Assembly (NCBI GenBank): GCA_040954595.2
Contig: CM082589.2
Coordinates: forward strand, 3,796,213-3,860,212
Reading direction: 5' to 3'
Origin: Balanoglossus misakiensis
Lineage: Eukaryota > Animalia > Hemichordata
DNA length: 64,000 bases
Below, piece after piece: positions 36,146 to 51,348 of this stretch (position 1 is its first letter; each line of letters begins with the position of its first letter). The position numbers were made by a program, and so were the translations under genes. The notes beneath the pieces were generated by a model. The model was not told the DNA's origin, did not search any database, and worked only from the letters and a program-made list of their open reading frames with translations.

Positions 36146-39100
36146 AGCAGCAACAGCTGTTTCTATATTGTACCTGTGTCAGAATTACAAATATTGTATT
36201 ACAAACGGACGGAACTCATTAGATGTGTCTTTTTTCCTGGCCTTTTGTAATGACTGGCCATAAAACGAGGATTAAGATTTTTCCATGAATAGACATTCAA
36301 CTATTCTTAATGTTCCACGTGATTACATTTAAGTACAGAACACTCACATTCGTATCTCAAGTCAATTTAAACATTGACCATTGCATATTCTTGCAACTAT
36401 TTAAGATTTGCATCGCCCTTTCAGGGTATTTAGGTATATAGGTATGGGTTTGAGAAATATCGGTATTAGCAACGTCTCTATATTTTATATTTGAGCACCT
36501 ACAATCACTGTTAGGGGGCGTAGTTTTGTCCACAGACTTTACCGCATTATTCTAATGCACGGCAATCTGCCGGTAAACTACAATGTCCGTGTTTTGCCAC
36601 GAAGTTAATATCTTCACACAATAAAGCGAGGTGTTCCGCCACTTTGATAGTTGTCGTGGTGTCTACTGCAATAAACCATAGACAGTAGAGGGGGGGGGGG
36701 AGAAGGGAGTGTGTTGTGCATATTATATTGTAAGCTAGCTATAAATCCGATGATTTTATGATCCTATACCAAAATAATAGGTTTAGTATCCCCAGTGTAT
36801 TTAATAAATAATTGAGTAATATCATGCTAAACACTTCTGCAAGAGCAACTATCTCGAGCTCCAAGTCTCTCGAGCTTCATACCAATTACGACCCACGTGC
36901 GTATAATGGTGGAGAATCCAGGGTAATCTCTCACAAGACAAAAACAGAAAACTGGCAAGTAATGGGAAATGAATAATAGATGAAGAAACGGTAAGAATCG
37001 TGTCAGAATGACAGCAGCAACGAAATTTTATATTATCAGTTCATTACGTTTTCAATATACATTGACTTTGCTGTTTTAACCACCCTGAATATTGAATAAA
37101 CGTCATGAGCATGTCTGTGCTGGATTTAGTATCAGAAGTATCATCACATTGTAGGGGGGGTGGGAAACTATTGATCAATGAAAATAACGCTGCCTGTTTA
37201 CCGCCCTCTTCCGCCCGCATATATTCATGGCAAAACTTGCTTAGTGTCAATGTTATAGGAAGGATATCAAAACAACTGTCTACATATGGCTAGGTGACAC
37301 TTTGTCTTCACCTTTCACATTAACATGCAAACATTTTCACAGCACCGTCACCTGTTTAAAGTCTTTACTTTGCGTTAGTTCTAAGATGAATACTACATTA
37401 CGGAAACGTGATACTTTCAAGGTGTGTCTGTTTCGTAACCATAACGACAGAATTGCTAATTTTACTAAACGGGTGGTTTTCTTTTGGATGCCCATAGAGC
37501 TTATGGGAGACTCATTTGGTATATCTTTCATGCCGAATATGGCAGACATGCACCTGTACAACAGAACTTGACCCAGACAAATCTAACTGTTATCGCCCTC
37601 ATGTGCCAACGAGACGAATGTGTTCCAAAACAAGACCACCCTGACCCGGTTCAATGTCAGAAGCTAGAAAAACTATCGGGCGCGAACGTTTAAGAAAAAG
37701 TAGGTCTTTTTGACACGACACACGAGTCTTGTTATATAAAGCAATTACTCCACATGCATAGAATTCCTAAACTAATGAGTTGTCTGTAGGCAAACAGTGA
37801 CAGAACTGAATATCCCGACTCACGTACATTTTTGTCCCAGCTTATAGAATTTACCACGAACCTCAAATGAGTGGGCTCTTCTCCCGCAAATTGGGGATCG
37901 CTTACTGTGATAGCGATGGTGTGAACTAAATGACTCCTTTTCTGGCGAGACATATTTACGTAGTGTGATGCACGACACAAGACTAACGTTTTTACGGCGT
38001 TTCGCGTAAATTTGGACAAAAAGAATCAGGTAAGAAAACTTTATTTGCAGAAAATATAATGTTCTGGAGTTTAAATAGGTACACATAATTTAGATCTATT
38101 TTAGTTTTCCCTTATTCTACTCAAAGTAAACCAAAACCAGACTTTATGTATGAACATAAAGAAATTTTCATATGTGGTGTATATTTAAAATATTTTGTGT
38201 ATATAATTCTTCAACCTTCCTTCATCAAACTTCCTATATTATTTCATTTTACTTCAAATTTTGATCGCGCAATGCTTTCGTGGTTATCATAGCAACCTCT
38301 TATCGTAGTAGCGTCACGACATGGTCTTACCGACATACGAAGGAAGGAATGAACGAACAAAGGAATGGGACATAATTGTACAGACAGACGGACATTAATT
38401 CGGGCGACCAGTATTCGGTCATATTTGCGTTTAATATAATATACCAAAAAAATAAATATACAAGAAGTGCATCAATTTCAAAGTCGTCCTTCAAATAAGC
38501 CTCAAATAAGTGTACAGTTCAAAAACGTAGTTCTTGCACAAAGTTACATGAAATGTGCGTGAATCGACTTTTCAAGATGGCTGCCCCCTTAGCTGGTAAC
38601 CTGCTGTTTAGAAAATAGTAAGTAAACCCTGCCCCACATGTGACTTGTCATATTTTATGATCTCTGAATCAAACCAGAACACAACAAAACATGTGTAAAG
38701 ACATGCATTGTTGTATTGGCAACGCAGAGATATATGAGTTTAATAGTTTCTAGAACCAAACCGTTATTAATAGTATATTTTATGAGCACAATTAACATGA
38801 AAACGGAAGTTGAAATCGTGGATGCGTAAATTTTAATCAATACTATACGGCGTGTGTTGAAAGGAGATGCTTCGGGTGGCTTTGGCGTATTTTAATTTCA
38901 GCAAGAGTGTTTGGGATGACAATATTGATGCATAAGTTATCTGTCACAATAAGCTGTCTGGCACACTGCATTAATATCTAATGGTTAAAAATGTGCGGAA
39001 GGGGTGTGATAGACGGATTGGGGTACCTTGATGTGGATTGTTACACTTTGTGCAGACGACGGCAGACAGCTGCGGAAGTAAATTCCGCGGGAAAAAACAC

Positions 39101-39566
39101 CGCGTCAGGTGATTTGCATATGCTTTTCATAATCGGGGACTGTGGTGAAAAGGGGACGCAGATATCAATCCTATTGGTGTTCAGCGGTGTGCTGTATTCA
39201 CATCAGGTGGAGTTTGTTGTATGGGCCGTATGTGGTTAATCCTCCCGCGCTAATTACCAGCGAACGCTGTGATATCAGTTTTTTGACACTGACGTTGTGA
39301 CAGCTGTGGACGAACTTACTTCCGCTCGATCAAACCTCAACTACTAGCAGAGACGGCCGTTGCAGCAGACACACTGCGTCGCCCCGTACTCCTGTCGAGC
39401 GCGAAACCCGCACCTGACATTTGGCAAAGTCGATCCGTCGCGCAATTTTCACTGGGAGCATAGAGGACAGAACGGAAACAAAACACACAAAAACTAGTGT
39501 CGAACGATTTCAGAGGATAATTCAACGTTTAGGTAGAAAAGAAGTAAATCATCGGTTTCCTCAAAG

Positions 39567-39605
39567 ATGTCCAAGATGAGTCGCAGAAGCTCAAGAAGGA
39601 GCAGG
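39567..39605 (+). CDS. Probable first coding exon (MSKMSRRSSRRSR) of a gene with a very large first intron; product unknown
   Basis: caaagATG start, 13 codons and a strong donor AGG|gtgagt. It follows a CpG-rich stretch (about 39.0-39.5 kb) with an Inr-like TCAGTT at 39275. No confident downstream exon lies in the window. Confidence 0.45.
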
Positions 39606-42600
39606 GTGAGTCATTTTTTAATTTCAAAAAAGTTAGTGGTGAATGTCATGAATGCTAATCGATACTGTTACATAATACACATATAACGTGGCCAGGTGTT
39701 CCTACCAACGGGACTAGGAATGAAGCGTGGTTCATTGTTCAACGTGTCAGACTAGTTTGAGTGTCAATCATTACAGTGAAAATCTCGTGATACGATATTT
39801 CAAATCAACAAGACGTATCTCTCATCACCAAAAGCATCACAACCACTGCATCCGAGTATCTGAAGTCATAAAAAATATAATTTATGGCGATCGAAATGAA
39901 AAAGTTATCAGTGATCCAATCTAACCTTTACTCCCTTGCTACTTTGTGACAATATGTTGATTTCATTCTGACCTATTTGTATCTTTGGTAAATGTATTTT
40001 TATGCTAATATTATGTCCACTTGACTTCACATATTTGTTGTTATAATGTATTGTCAATTAACATTGATGTACAAAAAGTACAGATAACTTCTGCCCATTA
40101 TTTTTTACATAATATTTATTAACCCAGCATAAAAATCGACAAAACCTTTAATACCTTTTAATGTTTGCGAAAATTAGATGTCAATGCAAGAAGCAGACTA
40201 TTTTGGATGTGTCAGTTATGGTCAAAGTAATTTTCGAGTGAATACAAAACTCGTGACAAATTGAAAGTCTCAAAATAGATCATAGTACACAGTCCATATT
40301 TCATATAGACCAGTGCTGAGTCCATAACAGAACGCGTTCGTACAATCATCTGTTCCTTTGTATTTACATATATATCGTCAGTGTTATATCGATGGGTATA
40401 CGTTTCCTTATACTATGGCCATTTTTGTGGCGTGTGACAGTTTAATGACTCTCCCTATACGAGATAATTCGGGAACTCGTTGAAAAAGACAGCCCTGTCA
40501 CACCGCGTGCTTGTCAAAAATTCAAAATTGCCTGGCGACGCGTCCTACATTGCAGGCATTGTCAGTGAACAATGTGATATGCGCGACTATTATAGATTGA
40601 CTTTGCTCTTTTTATTGGCGACATTTTAATTACCAGTTAAATTCTTTGTAATGTCGACAATTTTGCTAGGAGTCTGTTAAAGGTCTTCTCTTTTTCACCG
40701 ATGCATACAACACATGTGATATGTTCGTTAAATAATAGCATATTGCTATATTAAATGTTGTACAGCCCTGATTCAGACCAGGATGTACGGTCTATATCAT
40801 TATTGGAATACTTATCACTATGCAGGCGCTCGTGTTTTTGACATGAAGGAATACTTTGGGTGAAATTGAACTTACATTTATGTTAGGCGTATTCCTCTGA
40901 GTTGTTTTGAAGTCGAGACAAGACAAAGGAATGTAACACAACACAACATAACACAACACGCATACTGCAGAGATTATTTGAACATTGTACATGACGACAA
41001 GCGTATTTTTTATCGACATGGTACATTGGTCTTGAAACGGAAGGATCTCACGCACATCATTGTTAACGTGTCTGGCATTTTTGCAGACTACATAACTCCC
41101 GCGCGAAATTCCATCGTTCACACGTTAGCGGTTTATGGATGCGAGTCACATCGCTCCCCAAACCTCCGCCATATTGAAATTTGCATATTTAAAGGGCATG
41201 TCGGTTTTTAGTGTTTGCAAATATATCTATCATCATTTTCAGAATTCGCACCTCAAAGAAAACGAATTACATAAAAATTATGACACATTCCTGATGATTT
41301 GGTTATAATTGCTTAGCTAAGTACTTTTGGAATTAGATGTCCGTTCCTGGTGATGGTCAAGCGGTACATGGCCAGAGTATCAGGTTACTTTTTAATGACA
41401 CAAGAATTCGATTTACATTTTAATACATTTTAAAACATATCAGAACAGAATGGTGTGTCGTTGAAGATGCATCGGCTGTCAACCTTGGTATTTTTTCTGT
41501 CTTCTTCTTCAGTGGTTTAGCTGCAGATACTTGATCGATTCTCAGTGAAGTGATAATCACCGTTTCAGCTTTAAATAGCCGACTTTTTTAACAATAAAAA
41601 CCACCACCACCACCAATTTTATTTCGGTGTATATATAATTTTGCAGGCCTAACATTAAAATAATCATATCACAATGTAATTAGGTAGAACCTTCTTAAAG
41701 ACATCCAATGATAGCGATTCCTGTTTCAGAAAGACCTCATATGAAATCAATCATCCGTTGATCATATGACTACATAAAAAATAATTGGCTCCTAATATAC
41801 GCGGACTGTCATTCCAAGACATAATTATACTGCATTATCAATTGGTTATTAACTATCTCAGGCCTTGCCCCATGGGTCTTTTTTATGAGAAATTAATTTG
41901 TGTTCAAAAGATCACTTGTCTATAATAGCTCAAACCTCTCTTCGAAAAAAAACATGGATATTTTAATTATGATATCATATTTGAAGACATTGTATGGCAA
42001 TGAGAAATATATAAAGCCTGGAATGACATATCTGTTTATAAAGGGTGATGAAATATCCATGCACAGGGTTACTTTTATATACTTCAATGAATCTCCGGTC
42101 TCAGTGGAGAACGGCGTTGTTGTGTCCCATGGCACAGTCACTGAATAATTCAAAAATCCCACCTCAACTCTCTCTAAATACACATCAATAAAGCAAAGCT
42201 TGATGGGACAGAACCGCTTTTCATCGGACGAGGACACGTTGCACATTGCATCGAAGGTGTATTTCTCGATTACGTGCTTGTTCTCGTCACGGTTTACAGC
42301 CAGTTGCAACCAACACAAACGTATATAGTTGGAATGCAAGTCTCGATTCAGTCTTTGTATTAGTGTCTCGAACGGCATCGGGTGTATGTGATGTTACATC
42401 TCTCGAGCTTTGCACGAATATATACGACCTTGTTTGAATTTTAAGAGACGGGACGAGACCAGCCTGCCTTGTGTTAGGCGCATAAAATACCCGAAATGCT
42501 TTAATGTTACCATCATGTCGAGACAACCATATAAGAAACGGCAGTGAAGTCGTTTGTGCGGGCGATGCCCTCCTAATCCACCCGAGACTTTACATTACTA

Positions 42601-43266
42601 TTTCAATGGACCAGAATCCTTTTTACACGTCCAGTCTCACTGGGATTTTAATTACCGTACACCAGATGTTGCCATGTTGCAAGCATATATATGAATTAGT
42701 CTTACGACTGTCTTAAAAGTGTGCCCCAGGTATTGCAAAGTATATGTCCGCACGTACAAGGATACTGAAGGCCAGTCTAGCATGAAACCTCTTGCTGGAC
42801 AACATTCTCTTTAATCCCAACCACAGTGTTAATAGCGTGTTTTAATTGACTCAGGGTGTGCGAATATGATACAATTTCCGCCAGGAAGCGCCCCACTGGC
42901 AATGCACAATAACTTAAAATCACATCCAGGATGCCATAATACCACTTTAGTGCAGGCTTGTCCGTTAACAGTTAATCGGAAGTGCTGGCGCTGCTTATAC
43001 TTTCGACTCAAGGACTTCTTTATTGAGGCACGAACCGGTAACTTGATCTGGCCACTTTGTTTTTATAGTCCGTCGACAGGAAAAAGGATTTGATTCAAAC
43101 CAGCATTAGTCGAGAGATTTATTACCATCAATTAATAAGTTACTACGAGTGTTCGAATAAATCAATGTATTCCGTAATGACTACGTGTAGGAACGCCCGG
43201 GCGAAATTTCTCTTGATCTATTGGCACATAGTCCGGAAGTTGACCCTAGGCCTGTCAACTAATTAA

Positions 43267-43439
43267 AGGTATACGGTCACCTATGCAAATTTAACCACTG
43301 TTGCTATGGAAAATCGAAATTCACCCAATCACTGGTTATCAGTGGGTAGCACACGCGAAAAGAGTGCGTCATTCTAATACTTAGACACGCCGTTTTGACC
43401 ATAAATAGACATGTGTAAATATGACGTGACCGTATACCT
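43267..43439. mobile_element. 173-bp MITE with perfect 14-bp TIRs and a TTAA target-site duplication (Kolobok-type ends)
   Basis: TTAA|AGGTATACGGTCAC (43267-43280) ... GTGACCGTATACCT (43426-43439)|TTAA. Confidence 0.85.
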
Positions 43440-45167
43440 TTAACAATAAGTAAGATCATAAAATTGAGAGCGCAATAGAAAAATACATCCAATGATCTGC
43501 TTGTGGATATGATTCTAATACAAGCCTTGTTTATTTAAACAGTCATTATTCATGGAACTTAGTCAATCTTAGAGAACGTCGTGGTTTATAAAAACATGTG
43601 AAAATTGCTTCCTACATGAAATCGATTGAATGTTGTTGTAATTCTGTGAAAAAACGGCAAAAAGAGGACATTGCAATATGTCTGGATTAACGACACATAT
43701 CATTTCTCAAATGATTGAAATCGCCACGGATTAGAGTGAATACAACTGGCATACATCAATTTAAAAGAACGCAGCTGTCGTCCCATTGCGTAAATTAATG
43801 TGCGTAGTACATATATTCTTTTGATAATTATGCAAATTTTCTCCACGGAATTATCCCAAAATAGTTCGATGGCCTCACTGCTTGTTATGCTGGCCTCACA
43901 ATTTCAAACAAAAAGAGGTACATATAACGTATACAACGTCGAAAATTGTAGATATGATTGATATGGTTTACAAACGGAGTAGGGTGCATGCAATCTTTTA
44001 GATACTCCTGGCACGTTTTCTTGTTTCATCACCTGGACGACTGTATACCGTTCTTTCATGTATTTGACTATCTTGCAGTGTGTTTTGCTTGTCGATTGTC
44101 TATTGCGTGTGCAGAATGTAAACGTGAGGTTATGATCATTGCTTTTTCTGTAATCATTTTGTCCTCTACCACAAATGTTTGAACATATGCCATTTACATT
44201 TAAATGTATCATTGATTGTGACCTTTACCGCCAGATGTTTTTTCGCAATTATCTTTATAGAAATATTGCAGCGTAAGGGAAAACATAAAAGTAAAATACG
44301 CGCAGTCGTTCAAGATATTATATTCTTGAAAAGAACGATCGAGTACGAATGCTTACAATGATCTACCACAATACGTTGACTGCCTTTGTTACGTTCGCTT
44401 TGCTAAGCATCTTTTCAGCCAAGTTTAAAACCATATGTTTGACAAGGTTCAATTAACATAATGATCCATGACCCAAAATTAACCATTATAAGTTTTATTT
44501 AACGGGAACAAGCATCACAACAAAGCAAATTAAGAGAAATCGAGTTCAGTTTATTGTAGGTAGAAGCAGACTGACTCTTTCTGGAAGGTAATTTTCGACA
44601 TAATGTTGCTGTCGTCTGCCAATGTTGTTAAGCAATCACTTAACGTAATGGGTTTAATATCAAGCGTCGTAAATCGCCTGTACCCCTTTCAGGTTATTCA
44701 ATTATTTCAGGATAACTTTTGTGTGTGGAGGGGGGGGGGGGTGATGATTGCATTTGCTACTTTGATGGGGGTATCTTACGAATACGGGTAAATGGGGGAC
44801 AGGAAAGAGCCCCAAAGGAGTAGCCACTTTAATTATTGCGAGGGTTCAGATCTGACAGACTGTCTACTATCTATACATCCCTGTCAGCGTTGAGAGGTTA
44901 ACCAGGCCAGTTGGGATGCATTATTGCTATGATGAGATATTGCCAATGGCTGAAGGCATATCTGACAGCCAGAAAAGTTGACACATCTTGATGGATCATT
45001 TGATTGCACCAGATGTGCACGTGTTATATATAGACCATGGCGCTTCGGGGATATGCTAATATGTGTTGTGTTTGACACAGTGGCAAAAACAACTGGAATG
45101 TAAGGGGCATGGCCGTTAGTTTAGGTCCCACTCCCAGATTCTCACACCAGAGCAATTGTCGTTGCAA

Positions 45168-45193
45168 TGTCTGTCTGTCTGTCTGTCTGTCTG
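45168..45193. repeat. (TGTC)n tetranucleotide microsatellite
   Basis: About 6 TGTC units read directly. Confidence 0.85.
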
Positions 45194-48100
45194 CATGCCT
45201 GCCTAGCTATGCGCCTCTCTGTCTAAAGGTGTTTCACTCTAGTGGTATTTTAATGGTGAAAATAAAATTAATTTTCAAATTGTACACTTGAAAAAAACTA
45301 TTCTCAATAAATCCAATTCCTATTGAACATACGATCAGTCAAATATAATACCCCAGGTTTTATTTTCAACATCATTCAAGAGATCGCACTTAATTGTACC
45401 TTGTCAGTATTCATAATGGGTGGCACACAATTTACGCCCATAATGAGTCTGTATAGTTCCGTATGTGAATATACAGATGGCATGAATTAAGTAAGTGTAT
45501 CCAAAATGACGTTTAGATATAATCAACAAAGACCCCACTTAGAGGGTGAACATGTTTTTCCTGAACAACATTAAGCAATTAGCAGTTATAAAATATACCC
45601 TCCTACAATTTTAAAGATACAAATCCATGGTATAGTCGACTGCAAGTTAAATTGACCATTACTCAATGACAGTGCAATATGGGACTCTCTCTTGCATCCA
45701 TTGTTTGATGGATTATGATGCCATAGAAAGCAATTATCATGAAAGTATAAATATAACTGACATAACACTGTTAAAGACACATTAATATCAATTTTCAGGT
45801 GACTCTTTTATGATCAGTCGTGTCAGTTTATACCAGTGATTTTAATCTGCTTACTTTCCCGGCCATTTCTGAATTTCAAGGTTCTGTTGAATAATTATTT
45901 ATAGTGTTGTAGATTCGCATTTGTTGATTCGTCCATGATAAAATGCGATGAAGCCACGAAAAGGAAATGAAATAATCGGTTCCAGTTGGAAAAGAACTTT
46001 CAAAATAAGTAATTTGCTACCAAAATAGAAATACCAATAAGATAAGCTCCTGTTTTAAGAAACCTTAGACGTTTATACATGAGCGGTACCCTGCTACTTC
46101 GGCACAAACTCTTACTAGAAATGAGGGTGTAAACCTAACGTACTTCTGTATGCATGATTCACGTTTTGTTGACCAGGAAGTATACTGAGACTCCAATAAA
46201 GAACTCCCCAAACTACTTAAGAAGTCGTTGGAAACTTGAAATGAGTCTGGACATTTAATCACATTTTATCGGTCCGTCGTTTGAGCATTTCATCGTGCGT
46301 GCTATTAGACTTTGCCTTCGCTAATATCCCCAGTGTAGACATCCATTCACTTGAGAATGCAGATATGCGTGCGCAGCAAATCATTGGCGGAAGATTCCCT
46401 TCATTACTGTCAATCTGGGATTCAAGAAGAACTGGTAAAAGTTCTACTATTATTAAAGCTGGATGTCATCCTTTGTTCAAGTTCTTTGAAGCGAAAGGAT
46501 AGCGGAAAATTCATTAACCGAGGCATTGGATCAGTTACAATTAACGCAAATGCCCATGATGTGGACTGATTTAAGAAAATGTTTCGTCTCAATGTTCGTC
46601 ACGTGTGGTACAAGAGAGACAGAGAGGACGGGAGGGGGGGGGGGCAGTTGAAGACAACGGATACCCCAGTTGGGCAAACAATATAGTGGAATAGGCCGCG
46701 TTAGGAAACAACTAAGATGAAACGAACTAATTGATTGATGATAACGTGCCTGGAAATTTCAGACACCACTTAAACCGACCTTTTAATCCCCACAAATGAC
46801 GTATTCCATTGCGTGCGTGCCTAAAAACCCCACCGGTTGCAGTTTTGGTATTACATTTTAAAAGGCCAATTATTCATCATGGACGCAGCGCTTGTCTTGT
46901 TTAACTTTGTAGCTGCCATCAGGCGTACCGAAGCGGAAACCAAAGACATAAATTTTAAAGCATATTGCGTACGTATACTTTATAGTAGGGGCCTAAACAG
47001 AGCGAATCGAACCAATCGCTACACCGGATCTTCACGCATATGCGCACAGAGATCAGCAATTCCCTGGATGTCATTCGGTGTTTCTTTCCTCCAATTAGTA
47101 AAGAAGTCACGAAAAGCCTGGCTGTGCTAGACACTCTGTCATATTGCTATTTCTGCAGAAACACTAAAATTGTATTACAATTGCCAGTCACGTATGTGAC
47201 GATCCCTCTGCACTCGTTATGGGTTAAGCATACGGCAACTATATACCATGTAATGCTACTCAGCCGCCGAATATAGTTTTTATCGTAGCTCAACACATCG
47301 CAAAATGTCATTTTTATGCAAAACGTGTTTTTACTACACCAACAGAGCGGGGCAAAGGTTGACAATCAATCATTGCGTTTTGTCAATTGTGTTTCTGAGC
47401 TCCCGATTGTTAGTGTTTGTCCCTTTTTGCTATTGTTGATAGATATTATGCTGAGCCTCATATATGGTAGCTCTGATGTATTCTTACTCATGGCTATTTT
47501 TAACTGTTTTCACGTCCTTTAAATGACCCACTACGTTATTATGGCATAACAAATTTACTTGGTGAATTCAATATAACCTGCTGACTTATCAACGTATGAC
47601 CTGCTGACTAAATAACAGCAATCCAACTAGGATTTCGACCGGTTAAACGCCGTTACCTGAAACATGCTACTCGTTTGCAACGAAAATTTTAAATATAGCC
47701 ACTTAATTTGCATAATAGTGCCAGAACACATGAGAGTGGAATAGTTCAGTTCACGATCGTGTCAAGGACTGTTTTTTTTCATTTTGTCTCTGTATATTTA
47801 TCCTTTTTACATAAATATGCAGTGTCGGTGAAAACGTGATGCTGACACTTAGCTTCAGTGCGCCATATTGTTGTCTGTTTTGGTTTCTGAATTGCGTCTA
47901 TCTCGTTTTTTGAAGTCCTTCGCACTATAGTAGACATTGCCAGCATTACGCTAGAAGAATGGAGTATCTTCATTCAGGTAATGTATTGATACATTGATTG
48001 AAGAAACGTCCACCCTGTTAGAATTTCTGCAAAGGTTTTATGTTGGGTATACGATAAGCTCATTGTTTGTTCGTACCAAAACTCGCCTTTGTTAATTGAG

Positions 48101-51100
48101 CGATTTTCCCCCAGAGCTTTGTTTGGTACATTGATGGATGAGACCTAACCATAAACATGCCAGGGACTTGTTTTATGTTAATGTGTCCAGTTATTGAGTT
48201 CAGCTCAGATATAGCAAGCTATACAGAACAATAATCCCAGAACAATACACACCACGAGTTTCAGTTGTTCTCGAAACACGTCCCAGTTTTGAAACAAGCG
48301 CGACACACCTTTGTATAACTTTTTATTCTCTGGTTTAATTTCATCGGTTTATTACGTTGTAAACCAAACAAATGCCAGGACGGCGCCATGTTGGTGTATT
48401 TGGCACGTTTACTTGATATTTTTGTCTCGCAAGCTGTGGCAATTATTTACTGTTATTTTATTCACCAAATATGAAATGTCATTCGTTTTCAACCGTGAGC
48501 CTTTATTTGCTTCCGGCAGAATTTCGGTGTCACTGACAGACACTACAATATACGAAGCACTCGCCAAGAGTACCGACAAGAAAAGTAAGTACGACAGCTT
48601 AAGCAGAATCTTAATCAATGGGGAATAATTGTTCTAATTAATGAAATGTGTGATCAAACACAGGCTGTCGCAAAATTACGAACATGTTTTCTGGCCTCGC
48701 ATCGAGCGTTTGGCTAATTGGAAATTTGTCGCCAGGAAAATTGGAATTGAGCAGGCTAAATATAGTTCCTTACTCAGAATATGTTTGTGGCAAACTAGGC
48801 TAAGTTTGACAGTGAAACGTTCCTTGGTTTGTTTCAAAGAAGCGCTCATACTCGCAATTCCCATTCGTACAGAGATATGTATATAAAATTACTGACGTGT
48901 GACGAAGATGAACGAGTTATCCGTTCGATGTTGCCTGTGCGCAGTCATCAACAGGACGCCGCCGGGCTTTGCGCATACTATAGTATATTAATTCTTGAGA
49001 TGGAAAGCGTCTTCGGATAAGTAACCACACAAAGGAATCGTGTTTAAATACACCATCTCCCACTGGCCAAATTTATTGATCGATAACGCTACGAGTAAAC
49101 CATATCACCGTGGCTAATTTTAGCTGCATCCGGGTATTGATCGGCAGCTGGAATTACACGCAAACTACACGTTCCTTGACACCTCTGGACATTACTTTCG
49201 ACCGTCAACCAATAACCCCCCGGCGTTTCCACTGTTAGGATTATTCTTGGCAATTCGAGCGTACTCAGATAAGCCATCTAGCACTTAAAGAGGTGATGAA
49301 ACAAAACATACTGCAGACGACAAATCGCCATTTTGATAGAGTGGACGAATAATCCATTCTTGCAGGACGCCGACCATATAACTTTATCTTCCCAGACCAC
49401 TGTAACATTACATTATCATCGGACAATCGATGCATTTGCTTACTTTCGCGGTATATAATATAGGCGTAACGATACGTTCAGTTCCAGGAAATACTTAAAT
49501 GGAAACGTTGAATACGGTGTACTCGTAATATTCGTAGTTTCACTGCTTAATTAAAGATACACCTGAACCGATGGATAAATGTTAAACAATCTCTTCTGCT
49601 TCATCTCCGATCGATATTACAATAATATCGACACCAGCCTACAGTATTCTAGGTCAACAGTCCCTATCCACTACTGTCATGTAATGTATATTTTCTAACA
49701 TTTTCACAAAGCAATCGGCCGTTCCTTAATTAGCTGTGTATGACGTTGAGTAAACGAGTGGTTGGCGATTGATGTGCTCAACGACAGATGCAACCTCAAG
49801 GTCTGACGCGCGCCTAAGGAAGAGTGGAACGTGTCATTCGATATCCATGGCAACGTCACGTTCGCAACAACCGTGAAAGATTGTCTATATTAACGCGATT
49901 GACGACAAATTTTATTTTAATTAGTATATTCAAAGTTTGTGTCTGACAATAAATGCCATTGACGCATCGATTGCACTGACAAAATTCAGTTAATTTGTAT
50001 GAATGGCGAGTTTGCTGACCGTCTATTAACAGGAAGTTGGCGAAATTAAAAATTAACTTGAAAATTAAACATTAACTTTGAAACAGAATAATATATTCGC
50101 ATGAGAAAATGAATATTTTATGACGAAATGAGCATCACTTCTGTTATTTTCAATATTTATAATGGGGCATCAACGAGGGACCTATTAATGTTTAGCTCCG
50201 CACGGTACTGCATTATTCAAAATACTTGGAAAAGTAAATGTAAAATGTATAACTTACAACACTTTCGATAATTTATCCCCCCCCCCTCCCATGTCTTCAC
50301 ACTGTAATGTCGATTGGCCAGAATGCAATACCGCCACCTAGAGTCGCTGGATGCGTTGAGCTCTCATCTCAGTGAGTGTTGGACAAACATGCGTCAGTAT
50401 TGATTTATACTATTTGAATATTTCAAGTCGGTTAATATCCTCTGTTGGTGTATAAGATGCATGATCGCAGTTTTCTTCAGTATTGACCAGGGTGACATAA
50501 AAGGTTTTTTAAAACGCTTTCATATTCTCCTTGGTTTAACACCACAAGACATTACTAAGCAGACATTCCTGTAACCTCGTCTGTCTCAATTCAGGCTCCA
50601 ATTAAGACGCCCAAACTCTGACCATCGAGCAATTCTTGCCGGCGCGCGGTATCACGTCTTTTCCACCTTGCTTATTGGACAGCCGTGCGCGAGCAATTCC
50701 CCGGCAAATCCCCAGTGGCTATATATCAACGTTCGGCAACGTGTCACATGAATGCCTAACGACGGTTTCGGAGCCAGAAAATTGACGGCGAATAATCGCA
50801 ATCAATGTCGACCCGCTCACTTCGAATGGGAATCAATTCCAAGTAATAAAACCACACACTTTAGGCCATTTAATCCGGTGGACAATCACAGCGTGGCGCT
50901 GATGAACCGTGTTCTAACAAACCCAGTTTCGCAATCACACCGCTATTACTGCCGAAAGTGATCGGAAAGCGTCTGACATCCGGGAGACACGTTTTGCCGT
51001 TCCAGCAAGCGTATGCAAACACGGCGGAAACGCTTTTGCACGCGAGCAGACCGTGGCATACATTTTAAAAATCACCAGGAACTACTAGTCTATGGGACTA

Positions 51101-51169
51101 TGTTATCAAATGCGAAGCATTGCTGTTAAATTAAATACTGTTTAACTTTTAAAAATAAGGCATATTTGG

Positions 51170-51348
51170 ATTGGCGGCCATTTTGAATGTCAGATTTTAG
51201 ACAATTTGAGACAACTTTGCTATCTTACTCAAAAGTTTGCAAGGTGACCCCTAGTCTAAATTTTATGAGAAATTAATCTGAAGTTGCCTTGAGCAATGTG
51301 TGAGGAAAATTTTGAGGCTTTGATTTTTCGTGGTGCATACTACCTTAA
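51170..51348. mobile_element. Possible right-hand fragment of a TTAA-targeting non-autonomous DNA transposon
   Basis: Begins GGCGGCCATTTTGAAT and ends ...GTGCATACTACC|TTAA, which resembles a Kolobok-type terminus. I found no matching left end. Confidence 0.3.

Noticed and set aside
41920-42378. 152-aa minus-strand ORF, the longest in the right half
   Set aside because: No recognisable domain, transposase or reverse transcriptase motif, and no splice support.
46331-46440. Exon-like segment ending in CTG|gtaaaa
   Set aside because: Weak acceptor, ambiguous frame and no homology.
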